Part shown: positions 9,348-19,124 of the stretch, one piece after another
Numbering within the stretch: position 1 is the first letter of the stretch
Layout: every line of letters starts with the position of its first letter
Assembly: GCA_963816425.1 (NCBI GenBank)
Contig: CAWFKP010000005.1
Location: 23,693-87,692, forward strand
DNA length: 64,000 nucleotides
From: an uncultured Actinomycetes bacterium
Lineage (GTDB): Bacteria; Actinomycetota; UBA4738; HRBIN12
Direction of reading: 5' to 3'
Translations under genes and position numbers: made by a program
Notes under the pieces: model-generated
The model's database searches: none
Told to the model about the DNA's origin: nothing
Seen by the model: the letters and a program-made list of their open reading frames with translations, nothing else

Positions 9348-10448
9348 GTGCAGCTGATGGCGGCGGTGATCGGCGCCGCGCTGATCTTCCTCGTGCTGTG
9401 GGAGACGTTCGAGACGCTCGTGCTTCCTCGGCGGGTGACGCGTCGGCTCCGCTTGACGCGGGTCTACTACCGCGCATCGTGGGGCGTGTGGTCGCGGATC
9501 GGCCGGCATCATCCGGGCGCCCGCCGTGAGAACTACCTGAGCGTCTTCGCGCCGCTGTCGCTACTCCTGTTGCTCGCGATCTGGGTGGGCGGGGTCGTGC
9601 TCGGCTTCGCATTGGTGCAGTACGGCTTGGATACGCCGCTGCGTCCCGGCGGCGACGCGGCGTTCGCGACCCACCTGTACCTGAGTGCGACCACCTTCGT
9701 GACGCTGGGTCTTGGCGACGTCACCACCGCATCCTCGGCGGGCCGGGCGATCACGGCGGTCGAGGCGGCGGCGGGGTTCGCCTTCCTCGCGCTGACGATC
9801 TCCTACCTCCCCGTGCTGTACCAGGCGTTCTCCCGACGCGAGGTGCGGATCTCGATGTTGGATCAATGGGCGGGCTCGCCACCGAGCGCCGTCGAGCTGC
9901 TGCGCCGGGCCGCGGCGCACGGCGACATCGGATCGGTCGATGAACTGCTGGGCGCCTGGGAACGCTGGTCGGCCGAACTGCTCGAGAGCCACCTCACCTA
10001 TCCGGTGTTGGCGTACTTCCGCTCCCAGCACGAACAACAATCCTGGCTGGCGGCGCTCACGACGATCCTCGACACCTCGGCGCTGGTGCTGTCCGGAGTG
10101 GAAGGCGTCTCGCCCTGGCAGGCGCAGCGCACCTTCGCGATCTCCCGCCACGCGATCGTCGACATCGCGCAGGTGTTCCGGACACCCCCGGAGCGGCCGG
10201 CGGTCGATCGACTGAACGCCGAGAGCACCGGCACGATGTGCCGGATGCTGCGAAGCGCCGAGGTCCATCTCGGGACGGACACCGGCCAACGGCTGGGGCC
10301 GCTCCGCGACCTCTACGAGCCCTATGTCCAGGTCCTGTCGCGTCGGCTCGAGATGCCCCTGCCGACGCTGCTGCCCACCGGCGACTCGGTCGATGACTGG
10401 GAGCGCTCGCCCTGGACCGTGGCCGAGAGCGACGGCCAGCCCGCGTGA
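9348..10448 (+). CDS. potassium-channel-family membrane protein with a long cytoplasmic C-terminal domain
   Basis: 366-aa ORF. It has TM segments and a pore-like TFVTLGLGDVT (TxGxGD selectivity-filter type) between hydrophobic helices. Confidence 0.6.
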   Translation: MQLMAAVIGAALIFLVLWETFETLVLPRRVTRRLRLTRVYYRASWGVWSRIGRHHPGARRENYLSVFAPLSLLLLLAIWVGGVVLGFALVQYGLDTPLRPGGDAAFATHLYLSATTFVTLGLGDVTTASSAGRAITAVEAAAGFAFLALTISYLPVLYQAFSRREVRISMLDQWAGSPPSAVELLRRAAAHGDIGSVDELLGAWERWSAELLESHLTYPVLAYFRSQHEQQSWLAALTTILDTSALVLSGVEGVSPWQAQRTFAISRHAIVDIAQVFRTPPERPAVDRLNAESTGTMCRMLRSAEVHLGTDTGQRLGPLRDLYEPYVQVLSRRLEMPLPTLLPTGDSVDDWERSPWTVAESDGQPA

Positions 10449-10683
10449 CATGATGGGGTGACCCAGCGAGGAGCGCATCCTGCCCGATCCGAAGGCCACC
10501 GGACCATCCGCGGACGCAACCCCGGCTCGGAGCGAGCCGCCGCCCCGCCCCGCCTGCCCCCGCTGCGGCTCCCTGCACACCCAGCCCTTCGCGCATGCCG
10601 GGCCGGCTGCGCGGGTGAACATGCAGTGCATCGACTGCGACATGCTGTTCAAGCAATCGGTTCACCGCGACTGATCCGGTCGC

Positions 10684-11580
10684 TCACGCCTCGGCGAGCG
10701 AGCGCATCGCGAGGAGCTGCACCGTCGCGGCCTGATCGATCGTGGTCGAGCCGTCGTAGGAGCCCACGCCGCCCGCGGTGAACAGCCCGGTCGCCGGGTC
10801 CAGCGCCTCGGCGAGGAGCCGATCGGTGTGCGCCACCAGCAGGTCCGCCGCCTCCCGCCGGGACGCCGGATCACCCAGCAGCGCTCGGAACCAGATCGCC
10901 AGGAACGGCGGCGGCTCGCGCCACAGCCGCTCGCCGGTGAACAACCGCAGCGACGCGGCGGCGGTCGCCTCGGCGGCGTCGTGACGGCCCAGCAGCGCGA
11001 GCGCCGCGACAGACGCGCCCTGGTTGTAGCTCCAGATCGTCGGGTCGATCCGGCCCCCGTCGATGCGGTCCAGGTAGAGGCCCTCGTCCGTTCGGAGCGT
11101 CGCGTCGAGCCAGTCCATCGCACGCGTGGCGAACGCTCGGTCGTCGAGCCGGAGCGCGAGCCAGGCCGCCGACGCCGTGCTGCACGTGTTCCGCGACGTT
11201 CCGTCCTCCACCCAGCGGACCCCGCCGCCGTCATCCTCGCCAGACCGCACGAAGGCGAACGCCTCGTCCGCGAGCGAACGCTCGCCGAGGTCGAGCGCGA
11301 CGAGCCCGAGCCACGCGTCGTCGTCGAAGAAGCGACGCCTCGTACCGGGAGCCGCGGCGAAGCCGCCGCGCCACCGGTATCGGTCAACTAGGTTGACGAT
11401 GTCGATAAGAGTCGGTCTCGGTTCGCCGAGCTGGTGCAGGTCAGAGGCGGCCCACACCACGTGCACGAGGGTCCACAGCGACGCACGATCGCGGCGTTCG
11501 GCGCTCTCGAGCAGGCCACGTCGCTTCGAGAACGAGGTCCGCTCCAGGGCGGCCCACGCGTCCGTCGCCGGCCCGGTCAC
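10684..11580 (-). CDS. glycoside hydrolase family 76-like (alpha-1,6-mannanase fold) protein
   Basis: 298-aa ORF whose GTG start overlaps the upstream stop (GTGA at 11577-11580). FFDDDAWLGLVALD, RNTCSTASAAWLALRL and IWSYNQGASVAALALL resemble the (alpha/alpha)6 GH76 repeats. Confidence 0.5.
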   Translation of the reverse strand: MTGPATDAWAALERTSFSKRRGLLESAERRDRASLWTLVHVVWAASDLHQLGEPRPTLIDIVNLVDRYRWRGGFAAAPGTRRRFFDDDAWLGLVALDLGERSLADEAFAFVRSGEDDGGGVRWVEDGTSRNTCSTASAAWLALRLDDRAFATRAMDWLDATLRTDEGLYLDRIDGGRIDPTIWSYNQGASVAALALLGRHDAAEATAAASLRLFTGERLWREPPPFLAIWFRALLGDPASRREAADLLVAHTDRLLAEALDPATGLFTAGGVGSYDGSTTIDQAATVQLLAMRSLAEA

Positions 11581-13203
11581 CGCTCGTCCAGCAGCGACGG
11601 CTCGAGAGCGTGCTCCACCGTGCCGTCGAGCACCGTCAGCCAGACGTCGAGGGCGGCGATGTCGTCAGCGGCCGGCAGATCGCCGTCGACCACCACGATG
11701 TCGGCGAGTTTGCCGGCCTCGATCGACCCGATCCGATGCTCCATCCCGAGCGCGAAGGCGGCGGTGATCGTGTGCGCGAGCAGCGCTTCCTCGAGCGTGA
11801 GGGCCTGGGCCGCGCCGATGGGCGCCCCCGACCGCGTGCGTCGCTCGGTTGCCGATCGGATCGTGTCGAGCGGACGGAAGGACGTGACGTCGCTGTCGCT
11901 GCTCAGCACGACCGGGATGCCCGCCGCCAGCTCGTCACGCAGCGGCATGAGCCCGTGCGCGCGCTCGCCCAGCCGCAGGAGGAACTCGTCCCCGCTGTCG
12001 AAGAGGTAGTTGGTCTGATTCACCGTGATCGCGCCCAGGCGTGCGATCCGCTCGAGCAGCGCAGGGGTCGGATACCCGGCATGCTCGAGCCGGTGCCGGT
12101 GTTCGCGCGGCGCCGCGGCGACCGCGGCCTCGAGCCCGTCGAGCACGGCCGTCATCGCCCGGTCGCCCTGGACGTGCACGCCGATCTGCCAGCCGTCGAG
12201 ATGGGCCGCGACGATCAGCTCGCGCAGCTCCGCCGGGGTCCGGTACATCGACCCGGCGAACTCCCCGTGTTCGCCGTATGGCTCGGCGAAGGCCGCCGTG
12301 CCGCCGATCAGCGAGCCGTCGGCGTAGATCTTCAGCGCGCCGATCCGGAGACGATCGTCCCCGAACGGACCGGCGAGCCCCAGCGCGCGGAACGTCTCCA
12401 GTTGGTGGGACAGCGGCATGCAGACCGTTCGCACGCCGAGCGTGCCGCGACGGTCGGCCTCGCGGTACGCGGCGAGCTCGCGGCTCGTGACCTGTGCGTC
12501 GCAGACCGTGGTGAGCCCGGCGGCGAGGAAGGCACGAGCCGCGCGTTCCACGCCGGCGACCGACGCATCCAGCGTCGTGACCGTGTGGAAGTTCGGTCCG
12601 TGCGAGCCGACGTCGACCGCGACCGGCAGGATCAGGTTCATCGCGGCGTCCAGGCACCAGCCGGTCAACCGTCCGTCGTCACGCACGAGCCGGCCGCCCG
12701 GTGGGTCCGGCGTCGTCTCGTCGAGGCCGCGCTCCGCCAGCGCGAGCGAGTTGACGACGACGTGGTGACCCGAGACGTGATAGACGCCGATCGGTCGGTC
12801 GGTACGCGGCACGATCGAGATCCCATCGCGTCAGCGCCGCCTCGTATTTCGCGTCGTCGAAGCCGAACGCCGTCACCCACGCGCCGAGCGGGGCGGTCGT
12901 GGCGGCGCTCGCCAAGGCTTGCACGAGGTCCTCGATCGAGGCGACGCCCGGATAGCGGGCGTCGACGGCCGCCAGCGACTCGCCCGTTGCGAGGAAGTGG
13001 TTGTGCGCATCGATCAAGCCCGGCAGCACCGTTCGGCCACCGACGTCGATCTGGCGGGCGTCGGGGAACCGATCGAGCAGATCCGTCACCGTGCCGACGG
13101 CTTCGATGCGCGCGCCTCGGTAGGCGACGGCTTCGGTCCACCCCGCCGGGCCCGCGGTGAAGACGCGGCCTCCCCGCAGCACGGTGACGGGCTGGGCCGA
13201 CAC
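11577..13203 (-). CDS. YtcJ-like metal-dependent amidohydrolase (amidohydrolase_3), frame broken once near 12808-12818
   Basis: The N-terminal piece (ORF 12679..13203: RGGRVFT..LPGLIDAHNHF) and the C-terminal piece (ORF 11577..12812: DRPIGVYHVSGHHVVVNS...HVQGDRA...LSSDSDV...GKLADIVVVD) are collinear with this family. They join if one base is removed. Confidence 0.7.
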
Positions 13204-13207
13204 TGGC

Positions 13208-13558
13208 TCAGCCTCCGCGGACGATGCAGAACTCGTTGCCCTCGGGGTCGGCCAGGACGACGAAGGGATCGTCCGGGTTCTCGCTCACCCACAGGCGGGA
13301 CGCGCCGAGGTCCTCGATCTCGAGGGCGGTCGCCTCCTCGTCGGCGGCGAAGAAGTCCAGATGCACGCGGTTCTTCACCGTCTTTCCCTCGGGCACCTGC
13401 TGGAATCCGATGATCATGCCGCCGTCGGGCGTGCCGATCGTGGCCCAGTCCTCGTGCCACGTGCGCCGCTCGTACCCGGTGAACGTCGCCCAGAACGAGG
13501 CGAGCGTCCGCGGGTCCGCGCAATCGATCACGACCTCCCGGAACCGCACATCGACCAT
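13208..13558 (-). CDS. VOC (glyoxalase/bleomycin-resistance fold) family protein
   Basis: The internal ATG at 13558 is preceded by GAGGAGGAGGA. The protein reads MVDVRFREVVIDCADPRTLASFW...KNRVHLDF...[13 protein letters not shown] and is a paralogue of 61661..62029. Confidence 0.7.
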   Translation of the reverse strand: MVDVRFREVVIDCADPRTLASFWATFTGYERRTWHEDWATIGTPDGGMIIGFQQVPEGKTVKNRVHLDFFAADEEATALEIEDLGASRLWVSENPDDPFVVLADPEGNEFCIVRGG

Positions 13559-13571
13559 CGTGTCCTCCTCC

Positions 13572-13895
13572 TCATTCGGGCTCGCTCTCCAAGGGATACA
13601 GGGAGCTCCTCGGGTCGAAGAAGCCTCCGGCGGGTCGCGCGTGGGCATGCCAGTGATCGGGGATCCGTCGCCGTTCGCCGTCGACGTAGTAGCCGTCCTC
13701 GCCATAGCGCGCGGCCGCCACACGTTCGAGGTGTGCGAGCAGGCTCGCCTCGCGGGCCGGATCTGGCAGGCCGTGCGTGCGCCACACCACCATCGGCGTC
13801 ATACAGACGACGCAGTCCGCGATCCAGCAGTCGTCGTCCTCGTGGAGCCGATCGGTCAGACGCTCGGCCGAGCAGAGCATGCATTCGTCGCTCAC
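13572..13895 (-). CDS. small HIT (histidine triad)-like protein
   Basis: The GTG at 13895 overlaps the DUF192 stop (GTGA); an alternative ATG lies at 13880. There is a Cys-rich N terminus (CMLCSAE...CWIADCVVC) and an HWHAHAR triad-like motif near the C terminus. Confidence 0.5.
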   Translation of the reverse strand: MSDECMLCSAERLTDRLHEDDDCWIADCVVCMTPMVVWRTHGLPDPAREASLLAHLERVAAARYGEDGYYVDGERRRIPDHWHAHARPAGGFFDPRSSLYPLESEPE

Positions 13896-14381
13896 GAGCA
13901 GAACGCCTCGATCAGCCTCGCGCGATCCCCGACGGCGACGTCGTGGTCGGCGTACCAGCCCGCGTTCGACTCGATCGCCATCGTGTACGGCCCGTCCGAG
14001 GCGTAGGTGCGGCACGGATCGTTCTCGCACGGCGTCATCTCGGCGATCGTGACGATCCGTCCGTCGGGGCCGACGAACGCGATCGCGAGGGGGATCATCG
14101 TGTCCTTCATCCAGAACGTCGTCGTGGTCGGCGCGTCCCACGTGAAGGCCATCCCCTCGTCGGGCGGGAGCTCGGTCACACCCATCAGCCCGCGCTGCCG
14201 AGCGTCGTCGTCGGCCGCCACCTGGACGTGCAGCTCCAGCGCGATCCGCGCCGAACCGGACCCGGGACGGCGGGACCGAGCAGTTGGGCGTCGGCGAGTT
14301 CGAGGCGGTCGTGCACGCGACCGCCAGCAGCAACGCGAGAGGTCCGAGGGATCGTCCACGCACCGGGCCATCATCGCGCAC
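13892..14381 (-). CDS. DUF192 (COG1430) protein with a lipoprotein-type signal peptide, frame broken once near 14258-14268
   Basis: The N-terminal piece VRDDGPVRGRSLGPLALLLAVAC (lipobox-like) lies in the frame of ORF 13572..14381. The DUF192 core GLMGVTELPPDEGMAFTWD..TFWMKDTMIPLAIAF lies in the frame of ORF 13892..15811. Removing one base in the CCCGGG run joins them. Confidence 0.65.
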
Positions 14382-14695
14382 GGGCGGCGATCGTCACCTC
14401 GAGCGAAGCCGTCCGCCGACGCCGTCAGCGGCACGATGGCCAGCGGCTCGGTGGCCGGCCCCTCCAGGACCGACCCGTTCCGCAGGTCGAACTCGCTGCC
14501 GTGGCACGCGCACAGCAGCACGGTGCCGTCGGCGACCTCGCCGCCGTCGTGCACGAACGAGCAGCGCGCGTGGGTGCACCGGTCCTCGAACATCACCCAG
14601 CCCTCGGCGTGGTGCACCACAGCGTAGGCAACGCCGTCGATCGACGCGCCGGCGATCGATCCGACCGGCGCGTCGGCGTCGGCATCGACCTGCAT
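14371..14695 (-). CDS. Rieske [2Fe-2S] ferredoxin-like protein, C-terminal frame broken near 14400-14412
   Basis: The ATG at 14695 overlaps the P450 stop (ATGA). CTHARCSF...CACHGSEFDLRNG are the CxH/CxxH ligands. The given frame never stops before 13892. Removing one base gives ...ADGSLEVTIAARAR-stop at 14371. Confidence 0.65.
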
Positions 14696-15972
14696 CACGC
14701 GTCCCACAGGAGCGGCAGCCGGTACGCAGCGCGGTTCGCCCAGCCGTGGATCGCCGGCGGTCGGTTGGGATCGAGCCGGAGGTTCGGCAGCCGGGCGAAC
14801 ATCTCCTCGATCATCACCTGCGCGAGCGCGCGGGCGACGGCGTGCCCGATGCAGAAATGCACGCCGTACCCGAACGCCATGTGTCCGCGGGTGTCGCGGT
14901 CGATGTCGAAGACGTCCGGCTCGGGGAAGTGCGCGGGGTCGCGGTTCGCGGACCCGATGACCATCGAGACCTCGGTGCCGGCGGGGAACAACAGGCCGCC
15001 GAGTGTGACCTCCGTGGTGGTCCGCTTCTCGGTCATGCCGAACGGCGGCAGCCAGCGCAGTCCCTCCTCGATCACCCGCGCGGACCACGCGGCGGGCTCG
15101 GCGGCGACCCGAGCTGCCTGATCGGGGCGGCCGAGAAGCCCGACCAGCGCGTTGGCTGCGGCGTGCGCGGGCTCCTGGATGCCGCCGACGATCATCAGCC
15201 CCACCGTGCCGATCAGCTCTTCGACCGAGCGCGTTTCCCCCTCGGGCATGCCGTCGTGCAGCATGTGCGACAGCGCGTCGTCCGCCGGGCTCGCGGCCAG
15301 CTCCGGCAGACGGCGCTCGAGGTAGGCGCGGACCTCCTCCTTGACGGCGCGGCCGCGCGCGGCGACCTGCTCGTCGCGGCCGAAGTCCACCAGGTAGGCG
15401 GCGTACCCGCGGAACCACCGCCCGATCGTCTCGTCGTCGACATCGGTGAACCCCATCACGTCGCCGATCGCCCGCACGCTGATCGGCTCGAGCAGCTCGG
15501 TGGAGACGTCGGCACCGCCGGCGCCGCGGATCGCGTCGACGTATCGGATCGCCGTGGCCCGCAGCATCGCCTCGCGGTACTCGTTGACCGCGCGAGGCCG
15601 GAAGGGTGGGTTGAGCGCGTTCCGCAGGGTCCGGTGTGCCTGCCCGGTCAGGCTCATCACGTTGGGGAGACCGTAGACCTCGCTGAACGGATGTTGGGTC
15701 GGTCCGAAGACCTCGTCGTTCGTGCCCGCCTCGGTGCAGAGATCCCACGTGGTGATCAGCACCCGTCCCACCTCGGGCACGAAGGCGATCGGCAGTTCGC
15801 GGCGCATCCACTCGTAGATCGGGTAGGGATCGTCCTCCAGGACGTCGAGTCCGATCTCGAAGATCACGCCGGTCGCCCGCGCGCCGTCGTCGCGACGAAC
15901 CAGCTGGTCGAGCATCTGCGTTCCGCCTCGCATCCGGCGTCGATGGTCCGTGGGCGAGCCGCCCGACCGCAA
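14695..15972 (-). CDS. cytochrome P450
   Basis: 425-aa ORF (a later in-frame ATG lies at 15915). It has the heme-binding loop FGYGVHFCIGHAVA, an EEGLRW (ExxR-type) K-helix motif and an I-helix-like VGGIQEPAHAAA. Confidence 0.85.
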   Translation of the reverse strand: MRSGGSPTDHRRRMRGGTQMLDQLVRRDDGARATGVIFEIGLDVLEDDPYPIYEWMRRELPIAFVPEVGRVLITTWDLCTEAGTNDEVFGPTQHPFSEVYGLPNVMSLTGQAHRTLRNALNPPFRPRAVNEYREAMLRATAIRYVDAIRGAGGADVSTELLEPISVRAIGDVMGFTDVDDETIGRWFRGYAAYLVDFGRDEQVAARGRAVKEEVRAYLERRLPELAASPADDALSHMLHDGMPEGETRSVEELIGTVGLMIVGGIQEPAHAAANALVGLLGRPDQAARVAAEPAAWSARVIEEGLRWLPPFGMTEKRTTTEVTLGGLLFPAGTEVSMVIGSANRDPAHFPEPDVFDIDRDTRGHMAFGYGVHFCIGHAVARALAQVMIEEMFARLPNLRLDPNRPPAIHGWANRAAYRLPLLWDA

Positions 15973-16074
15973 CAGCTTCTCATCTCATGGAAACGTGTTG
16001 AACTGGGTGAGAAGGAACGCCAAGATGCACCTTCTCGCGGGCTGCGAGACGATGCCGAATCGAGGAGGACGGTC

Positions 16075-17334
16075 ATGACGGACGGACGGATGCCGGAGAT
16101 CGATCCGGCGTTGATCCGAGGGCTCACCGAGCCTCGGTACTCGCGGCGCCGCTTCCTCCGCGACGCGGGTATCACGGTCGGCGGGCTGAGCCTCGCATCG
16201 ATCCTGGCGGCGTGCGGCACCAAGGGCGTTTCCAGCGCCAGCGGGAGCGACGCGCCGAACGCCGGCATGGGCACCACCGAGTGGTGGGCCCAGCAGCAGC
16301 TCAACCATGAGCTCCGGTTCGCGAACTGGGCGTACTACATCGACACGGCGCACGGCGAGCACCCGTCGCTGACACAGTTCACCGACGACACCGGCATCCA
16401 GGTCGACTACTCCGAGGCCGTGAACGACAACATCTCGTTCTATTCCAAGATCCGCCCCGACCTGCAACAGGGCAACGACATCGGCTACGACCTGATCGTG
16501 AGCACGGACAACGACCCGCCGATCTCACAGATGGTCGGTCTCAACTGGGCGATCCCGCTCGACCAGTCGATGATGAAGAACTTCTACAAGTACTCGAGCG
16601 ACCTGATCCGCGACCCGGTGTTCGACCTCGGCAACAAGTACACGATGGGCTGGCAATCGGGCTACACGTGCATGGCGTACAACAGCAAGTACGTCACCGA
16701 GCCCATCACGAGCCTCCAGTCGCTGTTCGACCCGAAGTACGAGGGCAAGATCGGCATGATGGGGATCGCCTCGGAGATCGGCAGCATCGGGCTGCTCGCG
16801 ATCGGCAAGGATCCGAAGGCTTCGACGCCGGACGAGTGGCAGCAGGCGGCGGACAAGCTGATGGAGCAGAGGCCGCTCGTCCGCAGCTACTACGACGCGT
16901 CGTACCTGCGCGCGCTCAAGAACGAGGACATCTGGATCACGATGGCGTGGTCGGGCGACATCTTCTACGCCGCCACGTACCAGGGCTACGACACGCTCAA
17001 GGTCGTCATCCCCGACGAGGGCGCGATGTTCTGGACCGACTACATGATGATCCCGTACACGGCGAAGAACCCGCTGGATGCGATGACCTACATGGACTCG
17101 GTGTTCGACCCGCAGGTCGCAGCCGAGATCGCCGACTACGTCGGCTACGTCTGCCCGGTGCCCGCGGCCCAGGAGATCATCCGGACCGAGCTCGACGATC
17201 CCGCGGTCGCCGACAGCCCCACGGTCTTCCCGACGCCCGCGATCGAGGCGGTCACCCACCACTATCCGTCGTGGCAGGACCCCAGCGTCGTGACCGGCTG
17301 GAACGAGACCTTCGTGCCGATCTTCGAGGGATAG
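16075..17334 (+). CDS. PotD/PotF-like polyamine-type ABC transporter substrate-binding lipoprotein
   Basis: The ATG at 16075 is preceded by GAGGAGGA. There is a Tat/lipoprotein-like leader (RRRFLRDAGITVGGLSLASILAAC), and the rest resembles spermidine/putrescine SBPs. The upstream part of ORF 14284..17334 is antisense shadow. Confidence 0.75.
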   Translation: MTDGRMPEIDPALIRGLTEPRYSRRRFLRDAGITVGGLSLASILAACGTKGVSSASGSDAPNAGMGTTEWWAQQQLNHELRFANWAYYIDTAHGEHPSLTQFTDDTGIQVDYSEAVNDNISFYSKIRPDLQQGNDIGYDLIVSTDNDPPISQMVGLNWAIPLDQSMMKNFYKYSSDLIRDPVFDLGNKYTMGWQSGYTCMAYNSKYVTEPITSLQSLFDPKYEGKIGMMGIASEIGSIGLLAIGKDPKASTPDEWQQAADKLMEQRPLVRSYYDASYLRALKNEDIWITMAWSGDIFYAATYQGYDTLKVVIPDEGAMFWTDYMMIPYTAKNPLDAMTYMDSVFDPQVAAEIADYVGYVCPVPAAQEIIRTELDDPAVADSPTVFPTPAIEAVTHHYPSWQDPSVVTGWNETFVPIFEG

Positions 17335-17336
17335 CG

Positions 17337-18272
17337 ATGGGCACGGCCGGGGCCGGGCCCGCCGCGCTGGCGCCGCTCGATCCCGCGCCGCTCGATCCCG
17401 CGCCACCCCGCCGGCGCGCCCGACGCGGCAAGCGCCTCGCGCCGTACATGCTGGGGCTCCCGGCCGGGCTGTGGCTGGTCATCTTCTTCCTGGTGCCGCT
17501 GGTGACGATGCTGTCGCTGTCGTTGCAGACCTGCGACCCGATCACGCTCGCCTGCACCCTCACCTGGCGGTGGGGCCGGTTCGGCGACGTCTTCGGCTCC
17601 CACACGGCGCAGTTCACGCGGTCGTTCATCTATGCGGGCGCGGCGACCGTGATCGATCTGCTGGTGGCGTTCCCGCTCGTGTACTGGATCGCGTTCCGGG
17701 CGCGGCGCAAGTCCGTGTTCCTGATGTTGCTGCTGGTGCCCTTCTTCGTGTCGTACGTGATCCGCACGATCCTGTGGCAGTTCATCCTGTCGGACAACGG
17801 CGTCGTGCTGGGATCGCTGAAGGCGGCGCACCTCCTGCCCGAGCGCTTCCACGTGCTCGACACCGGGTTCGCGGTGATCGCGGGCCTCGCCTACAGCTAC
17901 TTCCCGTTCGCGGCACTTCCGATGTACGTCGCGCTGGAGCGGATCGACAAGGGGTTCATCGAGGCCGCCTTCGACCTGTACGCCCGGCGACCCACGATGC
18001 TGCGCCGCGTCGTGCTCCCGCTGGCGCTGCCGGGGATCTTCGCCGCCGTGCTGCTGACGTTCGTGCCGGCCGCCGGCGACTACGTGAACGCGACGCTGCT
18101 GGGCGGCACGGGCAGCACGATGATCGGCAACGTGATCCAGAACGAGTTCCTGGTGTTCAGCGACTACCCGAGCGCCTCGGCGTTGTCGGCGATCCTGATG
18201 GCGATCATGCTCGTCGGCATCTTCATCTACGCGCGCGCCCTGGGCACGCGGTCGATCGAGGAGTACGTGTGA
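17337..18272 (+). CDS. ABC transporter permease (PotB-like)
   Basis: The ATG at 17337 lies 2 nt after the SBP stop. The protein has multiple TM helices and an EAA-type loop (IEAAFDLYARRPTMLRRVVLPLALPG). Confidence 0.75.
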   Translation: MGTAGAGPAALAPLDPAPLDPAPPRRRARRGKRLAPYMLGLPAGLWLVIFFLVPLVTMLSLSLQTCDPITLACTLTWRWGRFGDVFGSHTAQFTRSFIYAGAATVIDLLVAFPLVYWIAFRARRKSVFLMLLLVPFFVSYVIRTILWQFILSDNGVVLGSLKAAHLLPERFHVLDTGFAVIAGLAYSYFPFAALPMYVALERIDKGFIEAAFDLYARRPTMLRRVVLPLALPGIFAAVLLTFVPAAGDYVNATLLGGTGSTMIGNVIQNEFLVFSDYPSASALSAILMAIMLVGIFIYARALGTRSIEEYV

Positions 18273-19124
18273 GCCACGTCCTCGACGCCGCCGAGCTCCC
18301 GCCGCCACGCGTTCGCAAGCGCCGACGTCGGCTCGGGCTGCCGATCTACGTCGGGCTGGTGATCGCGTACCTGCTGGTGCCGATCGCCGTGATGATCCTC
18401 TACAGCTTCAACGGTTCGAACGCGCACCTGCCGACCGTGACCTTCAAGCTGCAGGGCTTCACCACGGAGTGGTACCGGGAGTGGAACAAGGTGCCCGGGC
18501 TGACGCCTGCGTTCTACCTGTCGCTGCGCCTGGCGTTCGCGAGCGCGATCACGGCGGCGGTCCTCGGCACGCTGCTCGCGCTCGCGCTCGTGCGCTACCG
18601 ATTCCGCGGCAAAGGCATGACCGAGCAGGTGCTGTTCCTCAACATCGCGGCTCCCGAGATCGTGCTGGGCGCGGCGCTCCTGGGCTTCTTCATCACGCTG
18701 AACCTGCCGAAGGGGTTCCTCACGCTGTTCCTCGCGCACGTCATGTTCAGCGTCGCCTACGTGACGCTGACCGTGCGGGCGCGGCTGATCGGGTTCGACC
18801 GCGCGATCGAGGAGGCGGCGCAGGACCTCGGGGCGACGGCGTGGGTGACGTTCCGGAAGATCACGCTGCCGCTGATCTTCCCGGCGGTGCTGGCCGGCGC
18901 GCTGCTCGCGTTCGCCCTGTCGATCGACGACTTCGTCACGTCGAACTTCGTCTCCGGCTCGGCCACGACCTTCCCGCTGTGGGTGTGGGGCGCGGTCAAG
19001 GTGGGCATCCCGCCGCAGGTGTTCGTGCTCGGGACGATGATCTTCGTGGTCGGGCATCGGGTTCGCGGTGCTGAACCTCGTCTGGCAGGCGCGGAAGGAC
19101 CGCTCGGCCAAGCGGTCCCGCTGA
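18269..19124 (+). CDS. ABC transporter permease (PotC-like), C-terminal frame probably broken near 19052-19056
   Basis: The GTG at 18269 overlaps the PotB-like stop (GTGA). It has an EAA loop (IEEAAQDLGATAWVTFRKITLPLIFP). After ...GTMIFVVG the given frame reads an Arg/Gly-rich tail to 19171. Skipping one base gives IGFAVLNLVWQARKDRSAKRSR-stop at 19124. Confidence 0.65.

Noticed and set aside
13208-13558. The two VOC-family genes (13208..13558 and 61661..62029) as a repeat or mobile-element signature
   Set aside because: Their similarity is at the protein-family level (shared KNR.H.D and [11 protein letters not shown] motifs) with diverged DNA. There are no flanking repeats. They are simply paralogues.
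13157-16074. Long plus-strand ORFs (13157..15121 and the first 597 codons of 14284..17334)
   Set aside because: They lie antisense to the VOC/HIT/DUF192/Rieske/P450 genes and have an Arg/Pro/Gly-rich composition. Only the part from the ATG at 16075 (RBS, Tat/lipoprotein leader, SBP similarity) looks real.
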